DNA from: Nostoc sp. PCC 7120 = FACHB-418
Lineage (GTDB): Bacteria; Cyanobacteriota; Cyanobacteriia; Cyanobacteriales; Nostocaceae
NCBI RefSeq assembly: GCF_000009705.1
Contig: NC_003272.1
Location: 4,650,001 to 4,682,000 of the forward strand
Direction: 5' to 3'
DNA: 32,000 bases
In this document: piece by piece, positions 26,163-32,000 of the stretch
Position numbering within the stretch: the stretch's first letter is position 1
Layout: each line of letters begins with the position of its first letter
Made by a program: the position numbers and the translations under genes
The notes under the pieces: model-generated
What the model was told of the DNA's origin: nothing
Seen by the model: the letters and a program-made list of their open reading frames with translations, nothing else
The model's database searches: none

Positions 26163-26304
26163 GGGGTTGGGTACTGGGTACTGGGGGTTGGGTACTGGGG
26201 GTTGGGTACTGGGGGTTGGGGATTAGTTTTCTCTTTTGCTCCCCCTACTCTCCATTCTCATCTACTCTTCCTAGTACCCAGTCCCTATTCCCCAATCCCT
26301 AGTC
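26163..26304. repeat. STRR heptamer array (GGGGTTG/GGTACTG x9) with an inverted C-rich partner (CCTAGTA CCCAGTC CCTATTC CCCAATC CCTAGTC)
   Basis: The G-rich period-7 array spans 26163..26225. The C-rich array spans 26270..26304, contains the canonical STRR1 unit CCCCAAT and overlaps the cbiT stop. ACTGGGTACT in the left arm is the reverse complement of AGTACCCAGT in the right arm. Confidence 0.9.
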
Positions 26305-26901
26305 TAGTTTCTCACCACTGAGGATAAAAATGGGATCAACTGCGGCAAAGGTTTGAGAAAATCCTCGCGTTTCTAAGCGATTGACTGCGGACTGAACAAC
26401 TTCAATGTTTCTCGCTTGTAATTGGGAAAAGCTCTGGGAAATAGCATACAAGCTTTCGAGATTAGCGGCTGTGGCGATAACTCTGCCTGATGATGGTAAA
26501 TATTGCCAGACTGCTTGTAAAATCTCTTGAATCGGTCGTCCTCCCTCAATGCAGACGCGATGAGGAGCAATTTTAATATTATGTAGACATTCGGGGGCGC
26601 TACCTTCGACTATTTCCACATTTTTGACATCAAAGCGATCGCAATTGCGTTTAATTAAATTTGCGACTTCTTCGTCTCGTTCCACAGCAATTATTTGTCC
26701 TTTTGGACATAGTAGCCCCACTTCGACAGGAATTGTACCTGTCCCCGCCCCAATATCCCATAAAACCGAGTCAGGTTCTAAACGTAGCTGAGAAATTAAC
26801 AACAGCCTGATTTCTCGCTGGGTAAGGGGGATTCCTGGCAAATGCTCAAAGAATTCATCGGGGATACCAGGGGTAACATAAGGCCAAAGTTGGGAAGGCA
26901 T
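26299..26901 (-). CDS. cbiT: Precorrin-6Y C5,15-methyltransferase (decarboxylating), CbiT subunit
   Basis: The track ORF 26299..27018 is trimmed to ATG 26901 (MPSQLWPYVTPGIPDEFF...). This removes the overlap with the divergent kinase gene. The protein has the SAM-binding motif VLWDIGAGTGTIPVE and is about 200 aa, as for CbiT. Confidence 0.8.
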   Translation of the reverse strand: MPSQLWPYVTPGIPDEFFEHLPGIPLTQREIRLLLISQLRLEPDSVLWDIGAGTGTIPVEVGLLCPKGQIIAVERDEEVANLIKRNCDRFDVKNVEIVEGSAPECLHNIKIAPHRVCIEGGRPIQEILQAVWQYLPSSGRVIATAANLESLYAISQSFSQLQARNIEVVQSAVNRLETRGFSQTFAAVDPIFILSGEKLD

Positions 26902-26995
26902 AGAACGATACAATATATTAGGGGTATTAGTTTGTTTAATTTGGCAAGTTATAATCGATGAGACTTTTGGCAACGTAGCGTTATAAGCAATCATT

Positions 26996-28387
26996 ATGCT
27001 TGAAGAAATTTTCCACACTCGCTACGAAATTCAACAGCTATTAGGAAAAAAAGCTGGGCGGCGGACACTACTTGCTAAAGATGTTGTCACTGGCGAATTA
27101 GTAATTGTCAAGCTGCTGGTTTTTAGTAGTGACTTTGAGTGGGATGATCTCAAGCTGTTTGAGCGTGAAGCTGAAACTCTCAAGTCTTTATCTCATCCCC
27201 ATATTCCGCGATATTTGGACTATTTTGAGGTAAATCCCCCTACCATCAAAGGGTTTGCCCTTGTACAGAGTTATATCTCAGCCCAAACTTTAGAGCAATA
27301 CTTACAATCTGGGCGTAGTTTTAGTGAATCTGATATTAAACAAATAGCCACAGCAATTTTAGAGATTCTTATATATCTACATGGATTGTATCCGCCTGTT
27401 ATTCACCGTGATATTAAGCCTAGCAATATTTTGTTGGGAGAGCGTTCTGGTAATAATGTCGGTCAAGTGTATCTAATAGATTTTGGTTCTGTACAGACAG
27501 CTTTGGGTGCAGAAGGTGGGACAAGGACTGTAGTAGGAACCTACGGTTATATGCCCCCAGAACAATTTGGTGGACGTACAGTCACAGCCTCTGATCTTTA
27601 TAGCTTAGGGGCAACATTAATTTATTTGGTAACAGGTACTCACCCTGCTGATTTACCCCAAAAAGATTTTCGTATCCAGTTTGAGTCAGTAGCTAATCTC
27701 AGTCCGGGTTTGGCTGCTTGGTTAAAGACAATGACTGAACCCAGTGTAGAAAGGCGCTTCAGTTCACCACAGCAAGCACTCAAAGCCTTAGAAAGTTCAC
27801 ACCTTCCCACTCAGAGTCAGTTAGTTATTAACAGGCCAGACTGGAGCAAAATTCAATTAACTAAAGATGCAGATTCTCTAGAAATACTGATTCCCCCCGT
27901 TGGTTTTCAGCCATCGATGGTATTTATGGGATTATTTGCGATCGCCTGGAATTCTTTTATTTTATTTTGGACTATAGGCGCACTCTCAGCCCCTTTCCCT
28001 GTTAACATCCCTTTCGCTTTATTCTCCCTGCCTTTTTGGGGTGCTGGCTATTTTATGGCTTACACTTTTCTCCTCAGTTTATTTGGGCGTAACCATCTAC
28101 GCTTGGATAGAGAAAAAATTACTTTCACCCATGAATTATTTGGTTTTAAATTCCATCGTCCTCGCCCTGCATCAAGAGAAAGTATTACTAAATTAGTTTA
28201 TATAGCTAGACATTTAACCAAAGATTCTGAAGGTGCTAAAACTCAAGTGCCAGCACAATTAGAGATTTGGGCTGGAGTACAAAAATATCAACTGGGAACT
28301 AACACAGCCATTCAATCAGAAACAGAACTAGAATGGCTAGCCCAGGAATTAAGTGATTGGTTAAATATCCCCATCCAGCGAGAATGA
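26996..28387 (+). CDS. Hanks-type Ser/Thr protein kinase with a C-terminal membrane-spanning region
   Basis: Kinase motifs are present: VIVKLL (the invariant Lys), HRDIKPSNILL, DFGS and GTYGYMPPE. About three hydrophobic helices follow (MVFMGLFAIAWNSFILFWTIGAL..FALFSLPFWGAGYFMAYTFLLSLFG). The last roughly 95 aa form an unassigned tail. Confidence 0.9.
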   Translation: MLEEIFHTRYEIQQLLGKKAGRRTLLAKDVVTGELVIVKLLVFSSDFEWDDLKLFEREAETLKSLSHPHIPRYLDYFEVNPPTIKGFALVQSYISAQTLEQYLQSGRSFSESDIKQIATAILEILIYLHGLYPPVIHRDIKPSNILLGERSGNNVGQVYLIDFGSVQTALGAEGGTRTVVGTYGYMPPEQFGGRTVTASDLYSLGATLIYLVTGTHPADLPQKDFRIQFESVANLSPGLAAWLKTMTEPSVERRFSSPQQALKALESSHLPTQSQLVINRPDWSKIQLTKDADSLEILIPPVGFQPSMVFMGLFAIAWNSFILFWTIGALSAPFPVNIPFALFSLPFWGAGYFMAYTFLLSLFGRNHLRLDREKITFTHELFGFKFHRPRPASRESITKLVYIARHLTKDSEGAKTQVPAQLEIWAGVQKYQLGTNTAIQSETELEWLAQELSDWLNIPIQRE

Positions 28388-28708
28388 ATCTCTATTTATA
28401 AATATCCCCTCTCGCTCCAATAGCGTAAACGCTATATGTCTTTGGAATCCATATCAACTGTAAAAATAATTCTATTTTTACCTACACGTAGTATCTTTAA
28501 TCAATGCTTTTAATTCTTGAATTTCCACGATTATGCCTTTGATCAAGGTTAATACACATTTTACTTAGTCTTGGCTTGTATACAATAGAATACCACTGTG
28601 TTTTCCTGGTTCAATGGTGATAATATCGCGTTATACCAATTCCCAATTCACAATAGCCTGCGGCTAGCTAACGCCAACGCAATTAAGAAAGTTATAGGAA
28701 TAATAATT

Positions 28709-28879
28709 ATGTTTGGACTAGGATGGCCGGAAATCGCAATCATCGTCGTTGTAGCCGTAGTCATATTCGGCCCAAAAAAAATTCCCGAACTGGGAAGCGC
28801 ACTAGGTAAAACCTTGAGAGGTTTCAAAGACGAGTTGAAAACTCCTAGTGAGGATACCAACCCGGAAGAAGAAAAATAA
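28709..28879 (+). CDS. tatA: Twin-arginine translocase subunit TatA/E
   Basis: The track ORF 28598..28879 is trimmed to ATG 28709. The product MFGLGWPEIAIIVVVAVVIFGPKKIPELGSALGKTLRGFK is the classic TatA TM helix, FGPKK hinge and amphipathic helix. Confidence 0.9.
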   Translation: MFGLGWPEIAIIVVVAVVIFGPKKIPELGSALGKTLRGFKDELKTPSEDTNPEEEK

Positions 28880-28913
28880 TAAATTCCAATTAAGAAGATT
28901 CAGCAACGGTCAA

Positions 28914-28945
28914 TAGTGGAGATGGGAATCACCACATCTCTACTA
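28914..28945. terminator. Hairpin between the convergent tatA and cphA genes (terminator candidate)
   Basis: TAGTGGAGATG-GGAATCACCA-CATCTCTACTA forms an 11-bp stem including one G-U pair. It begins 4 nt beyond the cphA stop. There is no strong T-run on either side. Confidence 0.4.
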
Positions 28946-28949
28946 TCGA

Positions 28950-31655
28950 CTACAGCAAAGTATTAATTACTGAAGAAGATGCTACGCCATTTTGGTTATC
29001 TATAACGGTTGTCGAGGAATTTTGTTGCTGTATCTCCTCTTTGACTAATCCACGCAGTTTAATTAACTTAATAGCACGGCTAACGCTTTCCGGTAGGATG
29101 ACTACCAAACCGTTCGCAGGAGCCATATCCAAGCCCTTGTTAATTGCTTGGGTTTCATCCAGAATGGACTCATAACGAGCATCTGGCTTAACTTGGGTGA
29201 TGCCTTTGGTAATCAATTCGGAGGCTGAACCCCTTGGTCTGCCTCTGGTATCGTCGTCTTCTTTGACGATGATATAATCAAAAATTTCGGCGGCTAGTTT
29301 GCCTAAGGTGACAAAATCTTCGTCACGGCGATCGCCAGGCCCACCGACTACACCAATGCGCTGTCCACTTGTCCAGTTACGTACAAACGCGCCTACAGCT
29401 TCGTAACTAGCTGGGTTATGAGCATAGTCAACTAAGGCATGGTAGTTGCCCAAATTGAATAAGTTCATCCGTCCTGGGGTTTGACTTACTGAAGCCCGGA
29501 AGGTTCTTAAGCCAGCACGAATTTGCTCAATGGAGACGTTCTGTACAAAGGCTGCCAAACTAGCGGCTAAGGCGTTAGCAATCATAAATGGTGCGCGTCC
29601 ACCCATTGTCAAGGGGATTTGTTCTGCCCTTTCGATGCGATGTGTCCAGTCGCCTTTGACAATTGACAGATAGCCATTTTCATAGACTGCTGCTACTCCG
29701 CCCTTCTGGATATGCTTCCGCACCAATTCCGACTCGGAATTCATGGTGAAATAGGCAATATTAGCTTTAGTTTTTTCTGCCATTGCGGCGACGCGGCGAT
29801 CGTCGGCGTTGAGTACTGCATAGCCATCAGGATACACAGATTCCGCCACCACACTCTTCAGGTTAGCCAACTGATCAATGGTGTCAATGTCACCAATTCC
29901 TAAGTGATCAGCCGCAACATTTAACACCACACCCACATTAGCAGACTCAAAGCCTAACCCAGAGCGTAAAATACCGCCACGGGCTGTTTCCAAAACTGCA
30001 ACCTCGACGGTTGGGTCTTGTAAAATGACGTGAGCGCTTTGAGGCCCGGTGTTATCGCCAGATTCAACTAAGTAATCCCCGATATAAGTTCCGTCAGTAG
30101 TTGTATAGCCTACTACCTTACCTGTTTGCTTGTAAATGTGTGCTAGCAGACGGGTAGTGGTGGTTTTACCGTTAGTGCCGGTAACGCTGAGGATGGGAAT
30201 GCGGCCGGATTGTTCATTGGGGAAGAGCATATCCATAACTGCACCGGCAACGTTGCGGGGAATGCCTTGGCTAGGGGCTACGTGCATTCTAAAGCCGGGT
30301 GCAGCGTTGACTTCGACAATTACACCGTCTAATTCCCTTAAGGGGCGGCTAATGTCGGTAGTGACGATATCTAGTCCGGCGATATCTAAACCGATAATCT
30401 TGACTACTCTTTGGGCTAACCAGACGTTTTCCGGGTGAATTTCGTCTGTCCTATCTACAGCAGTACCACCTGTACTCAGGTTGGCAGTTGCCCTTAAATA
30501 ACAAATCGTGCCTTTTGGTGGCACGCTGTTGAGTGTGTAACCTGCCCTTTCGAGTAGTTGGTAACTGGTACGGTCTAGTTCTATCTTGGTAAGGACTTTA
30601 TCGTGTCCGTCGCCACGGTTGGGGTCTTGGTTGATTTCCTCTATTAGTTCGGCGACAGTGGATCTGCCATTACCAATCACATGAGCTGGTACACGTTCAG
30701 CAACGGCCACAACTTTACCATCTACCACTAGGACTCTGTGGTCGCGCCCAACGTAATATCGCTCAACAATTATTGAGCGAGAAACTTGTCTGGCTGCTTC
30801 GTAAGCGGCTTCAGCTTCTTCCCAACTTCTAATATCGATAGTGATACCGCGTCCATGATTGCCATCTAGGGGCTTGATGACAATCGGATAACCGCCGACA
30901 TATTCGATGGCTTCTTCCAAATCATCCAAGAAATTAATGACTGTACCCCTGGGTACCGGCACACCAGATGCGGCTAAGATGCGTTTGGTTGCTTCTTTGT
31001 CGCAAGCTAGTTCTACGCCTAAAATACCCGTTTTATCGGTCATTGTGGCCTGCATCCGCTTATGATTCACGCCATAGCCTAGTTGAATCAAAAAGCGTGC
31101 GCTCAGCTGCATCCAAGGGATGCCACGTTTCTCTGCTTCTTTGACAATTGCTTCGGTGGAGGGGCCCAGGGAAGCATCACGCCATAAATCTTTCAGGTCT
31201 TGTATATCTTGCTCTAGTTCTGCCTTGGGGTATCGACCGCGATCTACAATGCTTTGGCACAACCTGACAGCTGCTCGTCCAGCATAGCGTCCCGCTTCCT
31301 CGTTTAAATACTCGATTACTACCTGATAAATTCCAGGTGTGGCAGTTTCACGGGTACGACCAAAGCCCACGTGCATTCCAGCTAATTCTTGGAGTTCTAG
31401 GGCTACGTGTTCCACGATATGACCCATCATGGTGCCTTCTCGCACTCTCATCAAAAAACCACCATGACAGCCAGGCGAGCAATAATGACCTTCCAGACTT
31501 GGCAGCGCCTCTACTAATCCTTCATAAAATCCGGGGATTTCATTTGATGGCGTCTCGGCAAGGGTTTCCAAATCGAGGCGCATGACGATCAGTTTGTGGC
31601 GTCGAATGCTCCAGTAGTTTGGGCCGCGTAAGGTCTGGATCTTGAGGATTCTCAT
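28950..31655 (-). CDS. cphA: Cyanophycin synthetase
   Basis: The track ORF (TTG 31685) is trimmed to ATG 31655. The N-terminus MRILKIQTLRGPNYWSIRRHKLIVMRLDLE matches CphA. An ATP-grasp module is followed by a Mur-ligase-like module with the P-loop VTGTNGKTTTTRL. The length is about 901 aa. Confidence 0.97.
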   Translation of the reverse strand: MRILKIQTLRGPNYWSIRRHKLIVMRLDLETLAETPSNEIPGFYEGLVEALPSLEGHYCSPGCHGGFLMRVREGTMMGHIVEHVALELQELAGMHVGFGRTRETATPGIYQVVIEYLNEEAGRYAGRAAVRLCQSIVDRGRYPKAELEQDIQDLKDLWRDASLGPSTEAIVKEAEKRGIPWMQLSARFLIQLGYGVNHKRMQATMTDKTGILGVELACDKEATKRILAASGVPVPRGTVINFLDDLEEAIEYVGGYPIVIKPLDGNHGRGITIDIRSWEEAEAAYEAARQVSRSIIVERYYVGRDHRVLVVDGKVVAVAERVPAHVIGNGRSTVAELIEEINQDPNRGDGHDKVLTKIELDRTSYQLLERAGYTLNSVPPKGTICYLRATANLSTGGTAVDRTDEIHPENVWLAQRVVKIIGLDIAGLDIVTTDISRPLRELDGVIVEVNAAPGFRMHVAPSQGIPRNVAGAVMDMLFPNEQSGRIPILSVTGTNGKTTTTRLLAHIYKQTGKVVGYTTTDGTYIGDYLVESGDNTGPQSAHVILQDPTVEVAVLETARGGILRSGLGFESANVGVVLNVAADHLGIGDIDTIDQLANLKSVVAESVYPDGYAVLNADDRRVAAMAEKTKANIAYFTMNSESELVRKHIQKGGVAAVYENGYLSIVKGDWTHRIERAEQIPLTMGGRAPFMIANALAASLAAFVQNVSIEQIRAGLRTFRASVSQTPGRMNLFNLGNYHALVDYAHNPASYEAVGAFVRNWTSGQRIGVVGGPGDRRDEDFVTLGKLAAEIFDYIIVKEDDDTRGRPRGSASELITKGITQVKPDARYESILDETQAINKGLDMAPANGLVVILPESVSRAIKLIKLRGLVKEEIQQQNSSTTVIDNQNGVASSSVINTLL

Positions 31656-31827
31656 GGGAATAGGTAGATGGAGATTCGGAACCAAAATTCTAGTTTCTTA
31701 CTGGAATTGATCGCTAAACTGTTCATGAAAAACAGTTTTTATCTTTTTACATGGTATTCCTCTGGTTTTTCTACAGCAGGAAATAAATTAAAGATCAATT
31801 CAGTCTAACCTCAGGTACTCTATTCCG

Positions 31828-32000
31828 TCAGCTGGAGATCCGGTGTACGGCAGGCAATACAGTCCTTTGGTACAGATGGAAGCGATCGCCATAGCTGAGG
31901 ATATGCAGACGTAAGTTATGCACGGTTAAAGGTTCGTTCGCGCCAACGTGGGGTTCGTTGGTGTGGGTGAGTTCGGTGGGATCGACAATGGTGACGCTGC
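31828..32000 (-). CDS. cphB: Cyanophycinase (peptidase S51), C-terminal part; the 5' end lies beyond the window edge
   Basis: My translation of the minus strand is SVTIVDPTELTHTNEPHVGANEPLTVHNLRLHILSYGDRFHLYQRTVLPAVHRISS with a stop at 31830..31828. From memory this resembles a CphB C-terminus. The position upstream of cphA fits the known cphBA arrangement. Confidence 0.8.
   Translation of the reverse strand, partial: SVTIVDPTELTHTNEPHVGANEPLTVHNLRLHILSYGDRFHLYQRTVLPAVHRISS

Noticed and set aside
26902-26995. A possible cobalamin riboswitch upstream of cbiT.
   Set aside because: The divergent spacer is only 94 nt, and I could not see a B12-box-like sequence.
31716-31738. The hairpin AAACTGTT-CATGAAA-AACAGTTT in the cphB-cphA spacer, considered as an operon-internal terminator.
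   Set aside because: The 8-bp stem has only two G-C pairs. Its T-rich tail lies on the plus strand, which is antisense to cphBA, so it cannot act as an intrinsic terminator for cphB. It is possibly irrelevant AT-rich symmetry.
1-32000. A genomic island, mobile element or defence system.
   Set aside because: There is no transposase, integrase, tRNA attachment site, restriction-modification, toxin-antitoxin or cas gene, and no phage gene. Gene content is housekeeping and, from memory, syntenic with a reference Nostoc chromosome. The AT-rich spacers lack coding potential.

Overview
This is a conserved core-chromosome segment of a filamentous, heterocyst-forming cyanobacterium (Nostoc/Anabaena type). 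The basis is photosystem II psbO, the cyanophycin pair cphB-cphA, an FtsZ with a long N-terminal extension, roughly 25-30 copies (counted by eye) of the HIP1 octamer GCGATCGC, and STRR-type tandem heptamers in many intergenic gaps. Gene order as read: sigF (partial, -), psbO (-), hypothetical (+), WD40 remnant (-), ftsQ (+), ftsZ (+), gshB (-), grxC (-), PEP-CTERM protein (-), hflX (-), HAD hydrolase (+), NurA-domain protein (+), moaA (-), Rieske oxygenase (-), class-V aminotransferase/cysteine-desulfurase-like (+), small membrane protein (-), pentapeptide-repeat::RidA fused ORF (-), NUDIX hydrolase (-), malQ (+), RodZ-like (-), pseudouridine synthase (-), DUF2993-like (+), cdsA (-), cbiT (-), Ser/Thr kinase (+), tatA (+), cphA (-), cphB (partial, -). 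From memory this matches the all3853-all3880 neighbourhood of Nostoc sp. PCC 7120, which needs checking by alignment. I see no rRNA, tRNA, CRISPR array, transposase, integrase, prophage or recognisable defence island. The window looks like ordinary housekeeping DNA and I do not find a convincing novel multi-gene system. The items most worth a second look are: (1) an uninterrupted in-frame fusion of a complete pentapeptide-repeat protein to a complete RidA domain; (2) an hflX whose N-terminal-looking coding sequence continues about 51 codons upstream of the first canonical start, with ATA where I expect the Met; (3) a modular composite repeat (G-rich octamers, GGGGAAGTAA, then TGACAAC heptamers) present four times, three of them abutting start codons; (4) inverted G-rich/C-rich arrays with strong G-quadruplex potential; (5) unusually long AT-rich non-coding spacers upstream of ftsZ and sigF and beside the PEP-CTERM gene; (6) a WD40 gene remnant; (7) an orphan NurA-domain nuclease gene. 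Several ORF-track starts were trimmed to internal ATG codons because the extensions begin with TTG or GTG inside repeats.
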